64,000 nucleotides of DNA from positions 9,588-73,587 of the forward strand of contig JAYUQP010000061.1 of the NCBI GenBank assembly GCA_043757265.1, read 5' to 3'. Each line of letters starts with the position of its first letter. Position 1 is the stretch's first letter. The notes under the pieces are model-generated. The model had not been told where the DNA came from and did no database searches. It saw only the letters and a list, made by a program, of their open reading frames with translations. Positions 43,467-55,074 of the stretch are shown here, one piece after another. A program made the translations under genes and the position numbers. The stretch is from Bdellovibrionales bacterium. GTDB lineage: Bacteria; Bdellovibrionota; Bdellovibrionia; Bdellovibrionales; JAGQZY01.

Positions 43467-46046
43467 ATGAAGAAGTTATATCTGGTCGATGTGAGTTCCA
43501 TGTTTTTTCGTGCCTTCTATGCAGTGAGGCCACTCAACACCTCAAAAGGCGTCCCAACAAACGCAGTGTACGGTTTCTTATCAATGATTGTGAAACTGTT
43601 AAAAGATATTAAGCCTGATTACTTGGCATTTTGCTTCGATCGACCCGAGCCTTCGTTTCGAAAAGAGATCTATACTGAGTACAAAGCAAATCGCTCGGAA
43701 ATGCCCGAGGAGCTTATTCCGCAGGTTCCCTACATCAAAAAACTTACCGAGGTTTTGGGAATTCCCATTTTTGAAAAACCCGGCTTCGAAGCCGATGATT
43801 TGATTGGAACCCTCACTCGCTACGGGCAAACGCAAGGCATGCAAGTGGTCATCGTGAGTGGCGACAAAGATTTTGCACAGTTGATCAATGAAAACGTGAT
43901 TATGTACGACACCATGAAGGAGATTCGCTTTACTATCGAAAAAGTGATCGAAAAATGGGGAGTGCATCCAAAGCACTTTATCGATTATTTAGCCATGACG
44001 GGCGATGCCTCCGATAATATTCCTGGGGTGCGAGGTATCGGGCCAAAGGGCGCGCAAAAATTAATTGAAGAATTTGGGAGTCTCGAAAACCTCTATGATC
44101 ATCTTTCAGATGTTAAAAATGCAAACTTACAAAAAAAATTACTCGATGCCAAAGACATGGCATTTTTGTCTAAGAAGCTTGTCACCATCGATCAAGACAT
44201 GGAGATACCACTTTCGATTGAAGGCCTTAAAATGCAAAGCCCCAATCGGGCAGCGCTGGGTGAAGTGTTAGACGAGCTAGAATTTTCAACTTTTAAAAAA
44301 AATCTATGCGGCGAAGAAGCCGCCCCATCATCCGCCGTCCAGGCACCAGCCGATTCAGTTTCAGTCGACAGCACGGATGTGTCCGAGGCAGTGCTAACGC
44401 TAGCATCCGCCTCCAACACAAACTTTAACGTACAGACTATCAATTTTGAACAATTTAAAAGCTGGATCGACAACAAAAAGAGCCTGTGGATTGTGGATCA
44501 CCAGCGCGAATATATTTTCGCAAATAGTGATGACATTCGCCACTACCAAGACGATGAAAACAAACTGCGCGATTATTTGGACCAGCGCGAAGACATCGAG
44601 TGGTTGGGCTATGATTTAAAATCTTGCTGGCGTCAGCTAAAGTTAAAAAAAGCACATCGCGCGCAGTGGGACAGTTATCTTGCAGCCTACATTGCCCATG
44701 CCGGACCGGTGGAGTCGTTTGCGGCAGTGGCCGAGCTCTACGCTAAGCAGTCTGTACCTGATCTTCCAGATTCCTCATTGCTTTATAAAATGCATCTTAC
44801 TTTGAAAGACGAACTAACACGCAATTTACAAAAAACATCTATGCTCGGTGTATTACAAACCATCGAACTGCCAACCATCGATCTTTTAACAGCTATGGAA
44901 ACTAAGGGAGTGCTTATCGACGTAGATTTTCTCAAGAGCGAAAGTCTTACACTCACCGAAGGCATTCGCAAGGTGGAGAAGGAAATCCACGAGGAAGCGG
45001 GCGAAACATTTAATGTGGCAAGCCCAAAACAGTTAGGCCATATTCTCTTTGAAAAAATGGGTTTGCCGAAAGGGAAAAAAACCAAGACTGGATACTCGAC
45101 CAATACAGATGTGTTGGAAAAATACGAAGACACATTTCCAATTACAAAAAATGTGATTGAATTTCGCGAACTCAGCAAACTTAAATCCACTTATGTAGAT
45201 GCTCTTCCGGCACTTGTTAATAGTGAAACAGGTCGTGTGCATACGCAGTACAACCAAGCGCTAACCGCCACAGGAAGACTGTCTAGTGTGCAGCCGAATT
45301 TGCAAAATATTCCGATTCGCACAGAGCGTGGTCTGCGCATTCGACGCGGTTTTATCGCAGAGCCGGGACACATCCTTGTTTCGGCGGATTACAGCCAAAT
45401 CGAGTTGCGGATTTTGGCGCATATTTCAAAAGACCAAGGATTAAAGGATGCGTTTCTGCACGACGTGGATATTCACTCTAAGGCAGCAAGCGAGATTTTT
45501 GCGGTACCGCTTGATAAGGTTGATGACGATCTACGCCGCAAGGCCAAAGCGGTCAATTTCGGAATCGCCTACGGGCAGGGAGTGTTCGGGCTTTCCGAAG
45601 GATTAAAAATATCCCGCGGTGAGGCCAAGGAAATTATCGATTTGTATTTCCAACGCTTCAGCGGTGTCAAAAAATACATGACCGAAATTGTAGAGTTTGT
45701 TCAAGCCCACGGGTACGTAGAAACAATCTTAGGCCGCCGTAGATACCTGCCACAGATCCGATCGAAAAACAACAACATGAAAGCCTTTGCCGAACGAGCG
45801 GCGATCAATGCGCCTATTCAAGGCATGTCGAGCGATCTGGTAAAATTGGCAATGATCGAAGTGGGTCACGAGTTTCGCGATCAAATCATTTTGCAAGTGC
45901 ACGATGAATTGATTTTCGAAATCAAAGACGACTCCGAGCTCAGTGACAAAATGGATAGAATTAAAAGTCTTATGGAAAACTGCATGACCCTTGATGTGCC
46001 CTTAAAAGTGAACGTGTCCAAGGGCCATAACTGGGCCGAGCTCTAA
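43467..46046 (+). CDS. polA: DNA polymerase I
   Basis: 5'-nuclease N-domain (LYLVDVSSMFFRAFYA, GDKDFAQL). Pol motif A DYSQIELRILAH, motif B RRKAKAVNFGIAYG, motif C QVHDELIFE. Start set to ATG 43467. Confidence 0.95.
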   Translation: MKKLYLVDVSSMFFRAFYAVRPLNTSKGVPTNAVYGFLSMIVKLLKDIKPDYLAFCFDRPEPSFRKEIYTEYKANRSEMPEELIPQVPYIKKLTEVLGIPIFEKPGFEADDLIGTLTRYGQTQGMQVVIVSGDKDFAQLINENVIMYDTMKEIRFTIEKVIEKWGVHPKHFIDYLAMTGDASDNIPGVRGIGPKGAQKLIEEFGSLENLYDHLSDVKNANLQKKLLDAKDMAFLSKKLVTIDQDMEIPLSIEGLKMQSPNRAALGEVLDELEFSTFKKNLCGEEAAPSSAVQAPADSVSVDSTDVSEAVLTLASASNTNFNVQTINFEQFKSWIDNKKSLWIVDHQREYIFANSDDIRHYQDDENKLRDYLDQREDIEWLGYDLKSCWRQLKLKKAHRAQWDSYLAAYIAHAGPVESFAAVAELYAKQSVPDLPDSSLLYKMHLTLKDELTRNLQKTSMLGVLQTIELPTIDLLTAMETKGVLIDVDFLKSESLTLTEGIRKVEKEIHEEAGETFNVASPKQLGHILFEKMGLPKGKKTKTGYSTNTDVLEKYEDTFPITKNVIEFRELSKLKSTYVDALPALVNSETGRVHTQYNQALTATGRLSSVQPNLQNIPIRTERGLRIRRGFIAEPGHILVSADYSQIELRILAHISKDQGLKDAFLHDVDIHSKAASEIFAVPLDKVDDDLRRKAKAVNFGIAYGQGVFGLSEGLKISRGEAKEIIDLYFQRFSGVKKYMTEIVEFVQAHGYVETILGRRRYLPQIRSKNNNMKAFAERAAINAPIQGMSSDLVKLAMIEVGHEFRDQIILQVHDELIFEIKDDSELSDKMDRIKSLMENCMTLDVPLKVNVSKGHNWAEL

Positions 46047-46184
46047 ATCCGGTGCCAGGTCCTGTTTAATCCGGTTCCATTTTAAACTTAATTGGAACCG
46101 GATTAAACAGGACCTGGCACCGGATTTACTAACACATTGAGCCGCAAAAGTGTGTCTGTACCTGGTTAATATACCTGGTTAATA
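46045..46184. repeat. Composite repeat cluster: REPIN (35-bp arms, 13-nt spacer) + half of the 20759-type palindrome + 13-bp direct repeat x2
   Basis: REPIN arms at 46045-46079 and 46093-46127, the same family as 25360/25453. ttactaacacattgagccgcaaaagtgtgtctgtacct at 46126-46163. tacctggttaata at 46159-71 and 46172-84. The cluster fills the whole gap between the polA stop and the OMP stop. Confidence 0.85.
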
Positions 46185-46185
46185 A

Positions 46186-46803
46186 TTAAAACGTTGCGTG
46201 TAGAGCTACTTCGAGACCACGTTCGAATACGCGAAATTCACTTTCGCCAAACAGTGTTCTTACTTTGTTGAACTGTTGCATGACCACGTAGGAGATATCT
46301 GCTCCAAAGTTTTTCGTGATCTGCACCCCACCACCGAATTGCAAACCAATGCTGGGATCTAAGTTATCTAAATCGCTGTTTGAAAAATCACTAATATTCA
46401 AACCACCCTTAACACTCAGAATTTCGTTTATTGAATATGCAAGGTTTCCATCAATTCTGATCATACGGAAAGTATCATCGTACTTATAAGCGTCTTCCTC
46501 ATCGAGGGTAAGATAGGTAAAATTGGCAGTGAAACCTAATTTTTGAACCGGCAAGAATGCGTAACCAACAGAAAGTCCAGCTTCATTCTTGAAACCACCT
46601 TCGGCTTTTGTGGTGTTACCTAGATATTCTTCTCTTTGTTCATAATCTAAAAAAGATTTGACCAGGGCCACGCGGAAGCCTTTTGCCGACATCACGCTTG
46701 GTACAGACGTAGAGATTGTGCTTGCATCGTTGCTTTTTGATTGCGCGAAGGCGGATACGGCCACTGTTGCTATTGCTAAGAGCGTGATAACTTGTTTTAA
46801 CAT
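46186..46803 (-). CDS. Outer-membrane beta-barrel protein (porin-family small barrel)
   Basis: Signal ...TVAVSAFAQ. Alternating strand pattern. C-terminal LEVALHATF. Confidence 0.65.
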   Translation of the reverse strand: MLKQVITLLAIATVAVSAFAQSKSNDASTISTSVPSVMSAKGFRVALVKSFLDYEQREEYLGNTTKAEGGFKNEAGLSVGYAFLPVQKLGFTANFTYLTLDEEDAYKYDDTFRMIRIDGNLAYSINEILSVKGGLNISDFSNSDLDNLDPSIGLQFGGGVQITKNFGADISYVVMQQFNKVRTLFGESEFRVFERGLEVALHATF

Positions 46804-46995
46804 GATAAAATCCTCTCCATTGTTATGGTTGTTTAAATGTTAAACAGCGGGCTTTAAATTGCGCGCAAAGAAACTCCTTGCTCGCAATGATCTAAAGATC
46901 GCTATTTTGATAAAATTAAAAGCAATAGTTATTCCAAGTGGGGGAGTATGTGGGAAAGCCTTTACATTTCGCGCATTTAAGGTTGAAATTGAAGA

Positions 46996-47712
46996 ATGTC
47001 GGAAACCCTTGATGAAAATGACGAGCCGGTATCGCAAGAAGATCTCGAGGAGATAGATGACATCCTTCAAGAGGCTTCGCCCGAATTTGTTGATCAATTA
47101 AAATCAATCAACGCAGAAAATTTGAATCATCAAGACTTGGGCCTCAGCGAAGAAGAACAAAAGAAGGACGAAGAAAAAGCAAGCAAGTGGTATTATCGGG
47201 TTTGGTTTAGCCTGGGCCGCACGCAACAGTTGCTCGTGCTGGTTGGAGGTTTTGCCGTTTTTGTGGCTCTTCCTTTGTTGTTGCTGTCGGTGTTCGGCGT
47301 GTTTACGCCGTCATTTTTGATTGCCGATCAAACGTCGCTTGCCGTTTGGGCTGACGAAAAGATGGCACTTGATTTAAAACTCCCGCAGAAAGATCTGATG
47401 GATCTTTTTTTGAGCGACCAGTACTTTTTAGAAATTCCCGAACAGATTTATGTCATAGAACCAAAGGGCGAAATCAAAATAGGCCGCTTCGCCTTTTACA
47501 TGGAGCTCTTCCAACGAGAAGATGAGCCATTTTTCAAACAGCGCTACGAAGAAATCATTGAAATTCTCAGCCGCACCCTCAAACAGCACAGCGTCGACGA
47601 TTTTAAAGGTGTCGAGGGAAAAGAGGAAATGCGCAAAACAATACTAGCAGCCCTCAACACCCGTCTAGAAACAAAAATAAAAAACATCCGCTACAAACTC
47701 GTCGTCTTCTAA
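46996..47712 (+). CDS. FliL-like membrane protein (acidic N-terminus, one TM, periplasmic domain)
   Basis: TM LLVLVGGFAVFVALPLLLLSVFGVF. C-terminal RFAFYMEL...IIEILSRTL...GKEEMRKTILAALNTRLETKIKNIRYKLVVF resembles the FliL pattern. Confidence 0.45.
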   Translation: MSETLDENDEPVSQEDLEEIDDILQEASPEFVDQLKSINAENLNHQDLGLSEEEQKKDEEKASKWYYRVWFSLGRTQQLLVLVGGFAVFVALPLLLLSVFGVFTPSFLIADQTSLAVWADEKMALDLKLPQKDLMDLFLSDQYFLEIPEQIYVIEPKGEIKIGRFAFYMELFQREDEPFFKQRYEEIIEILSRTLKQHSVDDFKGVEGKEEMRKTILAALNTRLETKIKNIRYKLVVF

Positions 47713-47786
47713 AAAAAATTTCAATAATAACGTAAATTCAGTCGCCCGATCGAGCACATAGGGCTTGTCGAGAGCACAACAAAATG

Positions 47787-47992
47787 CATCACAGCGAAAG
47801 TCGAAAGTGACTAGTCGGACAGGCGGAGTGGAGAATTGCGCCAGTGGAAGCCACAAAGAAGTCATCACAGCGAGAGCCGCAAAATGACTGCAGCTGAGGC
47901 GCGAAGAAGCGACGCGCGGAGGTGCACTTCCTGTGCACCGCACAAGTGGAGCGACGAGCAACGAAGGCTCCAGTCATTTTGCGGCTCTCGCT
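47787..47992. repeat. GC-rich structured spacer: direct repeat CATCACAGCGARAG..AARTGACT x2 and a 22-bp perfect inverted repeat enclosing 80 nt
   Basis: Direct copies at 47787-47812 and 47863-47889. Inverted repeat agcgagagccgcaaaatgactg (47869-90) pairs with cagtcattttgcggctctcgct (47971-92). Inner hairpin ggtgcac-ttcct-gtgcacc at 47921-39. The right arm overlaps the stop codon of the sigma-54 activator. Confidence 0.8.
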
Positions 47993-49259
47993 AAACGCGG
48001 CTGCGTTTTTTGAATAAGCGTGGATTAATTGCATAATGCCTCAGCTTATCGTGAAACGTACTCTTCGGCATACTCAGACCTTCCGCGGCCCTCCGTTGAT
48101 TTCCCTCGTTCTTTTCAAGATGTTTGATAATTAAATCTTTTTCGAGCTCTTTAAGCGGGGGCAGATGCTCAAGCAGATAATTGGTATCGATGTGTACGTC
48201 GATAATTTCGTTGATATGCAGAGGCTCAATTTGCTGTCCAGGGAGATAGGCCGAAGCCCGAGATACGGCATTTCGAAGTTCGCGGATGTTGCCGGGCCAC
48301 ACGTGATCTTTTAGCTTTTCCACGGCCGAAAACGAAAATCGAACTCTTTTGTCTTTGGCAAACGAGTAAATAAGATCGTCAAAGTCTTCCATGCGCTCAA
48401 TCAAAGCTGGTGGCGAAATACGACAGACATTGAGACGATGATACAAATCCTCACGAAATTCTTTTTTAACAACTCGCTCGTACAGATTTTTATGGGTGGC
48501 TGCAATGATGCGCACATTGGTTTTGATTGTTTTATCACTTCCTACGGGCCTGATTTCTTGGTTTTCGATAGCGCGTAAAAGTTTTGGCTGCAAAGACAGG
48601 GGCAAGTCGCCAATCTCGTCTAAAAATAGTGTGCCACCGCGTGCGGCCTCGAAAGCTCCCATGCGATCTTCCATGGCTCCGGTAAACGACCCCTTTACGT
48701 GGCCAAACAATTCGCTCTCCACCAGACTTTCGCTCAATGCACTACAGTTAATGGTGACATAAGGAAAAAATCTGCGAAGAGACAGCTTATGGGCTTCTTT
48801 GGCAACAATCTCTTTGCCACTACCAGTGGGGCCGACAATTAAAATTGTGTGATCGGAGGCGGCAAAGGCGGGGAGCCTGGAGAGTTGTTTTTGCCATTCG
48901 GCATTTTTGCTGGAAAGAGTTTTATCGTCTTTGTTTTTAACAAATGAAAAAGTAAATTGCGTTTCGCCCATTCGAATTTTATCGTTAGATTTCAAAATCA
49001 CTTCGAGAATTGCATTCTCGTTAAGCCAGGTGCCGTTGCTGCTGCGCAAATCTTTGAGAATAAACTGATCACCGCGTTTTTCGATGCGGGCATGTTTTTG
49101 CGAGGCAAAAGGGTCGGTTAGTACCACAATGTTGGATGAATTTCGCCCGAAAGACACAAACTCACCAATTTCCAGAAGGTTTTTTGTATCCTGTAAGGGA
49201 ATCAGGTAAGCCGCTTTTTGAGCAGGCTCCAAAACATCTTCCAGTTTGCATGTAATCAT
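47991..49259 (-). CDS. Sigma-54-dependent transcriptional activator with N-terminal FHA domain
   Basis: FHA pattern FGRNSSNIVVLTDPFASQKHARIEKRGDQFILKDLRSSNGTWLN. AAA+ domain GPTGSGKE, ESELFGH, GSFTGA. C-terminal Fis-type HTH. ATG 49259 follows aaaggagag SD. Confidence 0.85.
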   Translation of the reverse strand: MITCKLEDVLEPAQKAAYLIPLQDTKNLLEIGEFVSFGRNSSNIVVLTDPFASQKHARIEKRGDQFILKDLRSSNGTWLNENAILEVILKSNDKIRMGETQFTFSFVKNKDDKTLSSKNAEWQKQLSRLPAFAASDHTILIVGPTGSGKEIVAKEAHKLSLRRFFPYVTINCSALSESLVESELFGHVKGSFTGAMEDRMGAFEAARGGTLFLDEIGDLPLSLQPKLLRAIENQEIRPVGSDKTIKTNVRIIAATHKNLYERVVKKEFREDLYHRLNVCRISPPALIERMEDFDDLIYSFAKDKRVRFSFSAVEKLKDHVWPGNIRELRNAVSRASAYLPGQQIEPLHINEIIDVHIDTNYLLEHLPPLKELEKDLIIKHLEKNEGNQRRAAEGLSMPKSTFHDKLRHYAINPRLFKKRSRV

Positions 49260-49538
49260 TGTCTCTCCTTTGTGTAGATTCGCTAAAAGCAGAAAACCAT
49301 TATACAAGCCCCATACCAGTTAGGAGTCATTTGAGATGGCTCTGAGGGGAAAAAATCCGAAATTCACGTCCCCATAACAGGATTTCAGTCTCAGGCAGGG
49401 GATCGGAAGCGAGGGAACTCAGATTTGTCTAGGACAAGGAGAACTCAATCGCGAAACTGAGGTGTGAGTACTAAGACGTAGAATCGCCAGATGAATTCAT
49501 CAGTTGAACTCAATACAGGGTTTGTGTATCAAAGAGGC

Positions 49539-50114
49539 ATGTCTAACCTCACCTTCTTAAAAAGTGCCGCAAGACTTTCGGATTTTCCGCGGGATCATCG
49601 CCCGGAGGTGGCCATTGCCGGGAGATCAAACGCCGGGAAATCATCGTTAATCAATGGAATCTCACGTGCGCGTCGGCCCATTGCAAAGGTCAGCCAAACA
49701 CCAGGGAAAACCGCTCTCCTAAATCTGTTTGATCACACCGAGGGCTACCGAGTGGTGGACATGCCAGGCTACGGGTATGCCTCGCGTGCGGCAACCGAAG
49801 TTGCAACGTGGAGAAAAATGATCGAATCTTATTTGCTCCGCAGGGAAAACCTAAAAGTGATGTTGCTCGTAATGGATATTCGCCGTGAGTGGACTTCCGA
49901 TGAGCAACTGCTGCTTGATTTGGCTGAAAAACAAAATTTACAATTTGGTCTAATATTGAGTAAATCTGATCAGCTTTCGAAAAGTGCTGTGATCGCTAAG
50001 AAAAATAAGATAAATCAGCAGCTTGAGTTAGACTTAGTGCTTCCCTACTCCAACCTATCTGGAGATGGCCTGGTGCCCTTAGAGAAAGTGCTATTTGACT
50101 GGCTTCTTGCATGA
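49539..50114 (+). CDS. engB: Ribosome-biogenesis GTPase EngB/YihA
   Basis: FLKSAARLSDFP...EVAIAGRSNAGKSSLIN (G1), DMPGYGYA (G3), SKSD (G4). Confidence 0.85.
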   Translation: MSNLTFLKSAARLSDFPRDHRPEVAIAGRSNAGKSSLINGISRARRPIAKVSQTPGKTALLNLFDHTEGYRVVDMPGYGYASRAATEVATWRKMIESYLLRRENLKVMLLVMDIRREWTSDEQLLLDLAEKQNLQFGLILSKSDQLSKSAVIAKKNKINQQLELDLVLPYSNLSGDGLVPLEKVLFDWLLA

Positions 50115-50162
50115 CAATTAATTAAGTTAATGTTAGTTATTTTCTTTCAGCCGAGGTAAAAA

Positions 50163-52600
<2,438 letters not shown>

Positions 52601-52602
52601 AC

Positions 52603-53574
52603 ATGAGATTTATCGAAGAAGCCAAGCGCGTTCTAGACATCGAAGCGCAATCGATCTTGGAAGTGAAAGCAAAACTCAATCACCAATTTGAAGACGCTGT
52701 TCAGATGATCCATAGCTGCAAAGGTAAAGTCATCGTATCTGGAATTGGTAAATCGGGTCACATTGCTCGCAAAGTCGCCGGTACTTTTAGCTCCACCGGA
52801 ACACCTTCGTTTTTTCTGCATCTGGCAGAGAGTTCCCACGGGGATCTTGGTGTCATCGGAGCGGAAGACGTTATCATTATTATTAGTTTTGGTGGCAATA
52901 GCGAAGAATTAAAAGATCTCATCGCGCACACCCAGCGCAAGGCATTTTCGTACATCGCCATCACCGGGAACACAAAAAGTATGCTCGCGCAAAGTGCCAA
53001 GTATTTACTAGATGTGGGAATCAGTGTGGAGGCCTGCCCGCTAGGCCTCGCTCCAACTTCGAGTTCCACTGCCACACTCGCAATGGGAGATGCTCTGGCT
53101 ATGGCCGTTTTATTAGCCAAAGGATTTCGCAAAGAAGACTTCGCAGAATTTCATCCCGGCGGAAGCTTGGGCCGACGCCTTTTGACTCGCGTATCTGATG
53201 TGATGCATGGGCAAGAAGCCATTCCCTTAGTCAAAATGCAGGATACAGTTAAAGACATTCTTCCGGTCATGACCGCCAAAGAGGTTCGCGGCGCCGTGGG
53301 TGTGACAAACGAGAACGACGAACTTGTGGGAATCATCACTGATGGTGATATTCGACGACATCTCAATACCGATCGCGATCATCTTAAAACATTGGCAAAA
53401 GAAATCATGTCGTTAAATCCAAAAACTATTTTGGCTAACGAAATGGCCGAAAAAGCACTTTTTGTGATGGAGCAGTTTTCGATTCAGTTGCTGTTTGTGA
53501 TGAAATTCGAAAACGATCGAAAGCCCATCGGGATCCTACACCTGCAAGATTTACTAAAAGCCAAGATTCGGTAA
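52603..53574 (+). CDS. kdsD: Arabinose-5-phosphate isomerase (SIS + tandem CBS)
   Basis: SIS block VSGIGKSGHIARK plus two CBS-like repeats. Sits in a KDO gene cluster. Confidence 0.85.
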   Translation: MRFIEEAKRVLDIEAQSILEVKAKLNHQFEDAVQMIHSCKGKVIVSGIGKSGHIARKVAGTFSSTGTPSFFLHLAESSHGDLGVIGAEDVIIIISFGGNSEELKDLIAHTQRKAFSYIAITGNTKSMLAQSAKYLLDVGISVEACPLGLAPTSSSTATLAMGDALAMAVLLAKGFRKEDFAEFHPGGSLGRRLLTRVSDVMHGQEAIPLVKMQDTVKDILPVMTAKEVRGAVGVTNENDELVGIITDGDIRRHLNTDRDHLKTLAKEIMSLNPKTILANEMAEKALFVMEQFSIQLLFVMKFENDRKPIGILHLQDLLKAKIR

Positions 53575-53687
53575 AGTCCATCGCCGTCTTGAGGGCTTAG
53601 TCCCGAAAGATCCTTCGCTGCGCTCAGGATGACTGATGCTTTAGTTTGGCTTTTGACTTCATTTACACATTCGCTCATCCTTTAAAG

Positions 53688-54206
53688 ATGAAATTAAGTC
53701 CACCGCTCATAAAACGTTTCAAGAAGATTAAAATGTTACTCACCGATGTTGACGGCGTAATGACCGACGCAACGATATTTATGGGAGGCGACGGGGAGTG
53801 GCGACGCTCTTATTCAGTTCGGGATGGAGCCGGAATCCATTTCCTCATCGATGCTGGTTATAAAACAGGCATCATCACCGGTGCAGCCTCAACAGAAGTC
53901 AAAAAACGAGCCGAACATCTTAAATTTCATTATTTATATCAAAAACAGACCGACAAAGGTCCAGCCTTTGATGAAATTAAAAAACTCAGTGGCTATACTA
54001 ACGAGGAGATCTGTTACATAGGCGATGATATTTTTGATATTCCTGTGCTGAAGCAAGTGGGATTGGCAGTGACCGTTCCTGGTGGAATGGCGCAAGTCAA
54101 AAAAGTTTGTCACTATAAAACAAAGGCCAAAGAGGGCGATGGCGCACTTCGCGAGCTTTGTGATCTTATTTTAAAGTACGGTTATTACTCTCGCAAAGGA
54201 GAATAG
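53688..54206 (+). CDS. kdsC: KDO-8-phosphate phosphatase (HAD superfamily)
   Basis: HAD motif I LLTDVDGVMTD and IGDDIFDIPVL motif. Start set to ATG 53688. Confidence 0.8.
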   Translation: MKLSPPLIKRFKKIKMLLTDVDGVMTDATIFMGGDGEWRRSYSVRDGAGIHFLIDAGYKTGIITGAASTEVKKRAEHLKFHYLYQKQTDKGPAFDEIKKLSGYTNEEICYIGDDIFDIPVLKQVGLAVTVPGGMAQVKKVCHYKTKAKEGDGALRELCDLILKYGYYSRKGE

Positions 54207-54207
54207 T

Positions 54208-54945
54208 GTGAGATTTTTGTTTTTGGTTTGCACGTCAATGATTGTTACGTCGCTGCTTTCCTCTGCATCCTTTGCAGTCACCATAGATTTACCTCAAGAG
54301 GAGCTAGCTAAAGAATCCGTTCTTCCGGTATTTCCCGATGGCACTGTCGCGGTAAAAGCCCGCCGCGTGGTCACAAAGAAAAAATTCGAAGTTGGACCCA
54401 TGATGGGCCAGATTTTTAATGAGCCGTTTTTTTCGCCATGGGCCTATGGCGTGCATGCCGGCTATCACATTAACGAATTTCACAGTTTTGCGGTGAACGC
54501 GTTTATGCGCGATGCAAACACATCAAATGATGCAGATCAGTTAGACTCCTCGCTCGCGGCGTCGCAGAAGATTAACTTTCCTGTAATCCCAGTGCCCGAA
54601 TATTTGGCGACCTTGGATTATCAAATGACTCCGTATTACGGAAAAATCAGTGTAACAAAAGACTTCGTAATGAATTTAGCTCTTTATATTTATGGTGGCG
54701 CAGGCATGACAGACCTTGGCGGTAAGTCTACTTGGATCGCTAACATCGGCGTGGGTCAAAATCTCTTTTTCACTCCTCGAATCGGTCTGCGTTTGGATCT
54801 CAAATTCCTAATGTACAATGGACTGGATGTTCTTTCGCGGCAGCAGGACACTGTCAACGCCACTGCGAAATATGATGCTAATCTTTTTGAAGACCAATTC
54901 AACATTAGTCCAAGCGTGATGTTGGGTGTGGTCTTCCTTCTCTAG
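54208..54945 (+). CDS. Outer-membrane beta-barrel protein, GltA/GltB (NfsA/NfsB)-type
   Basis: Signal MRFLFLVCTSMIVTSLLSSASFA. TPYYGKISV strand motif shared with the next ORF (TPLYGKFSY). C-terminal MLGVVFLL. First gene of the Glt-like cluster. Confidence 0.6.
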   Translation: MRFLFLVCTSMIVTSLLSSASFAVTIDLPQEELAKESVLPVFPDGTVAVKARRVVTKKKFEVGPMMGQIFNEPFFSPWAYGVHAGYHINEFHSFAVNAFMRDANTSNDADQLDSSLAASQKINFPVIPVPEYLATLDYQMTPYYGKISVTKDFVMNLALYIYGGAGMTDLGGKSTWIANIGVGQNLFFTPRIGLRLDLKFLMYNGLDVLSRQQDTVNATAKYDANLFEDQFNISPSVMLGVVFLL

Positions 54946-55074
54946 GAGGTTTGGTGATCTTGCCGAATACGTTCAAAGGTCTAGTTTCCTTCTTAAGTGT
55001 ACAAGTTCTCTCAATTATTTTCTATCCTATCTAAAGCAGTGTCATGAAAAGTTAGCAAGTTTAGGGATTCATCT

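Noticed and set aside
47665-48034. Minus-strand ORFs of 98 and 81 aa across the GC-rich spacer
   Set aside because: They run through the direct and inverted repeats, are Arg/Ala/Ser/Cys-rich, have no start context, and overlap the activator 3' end.
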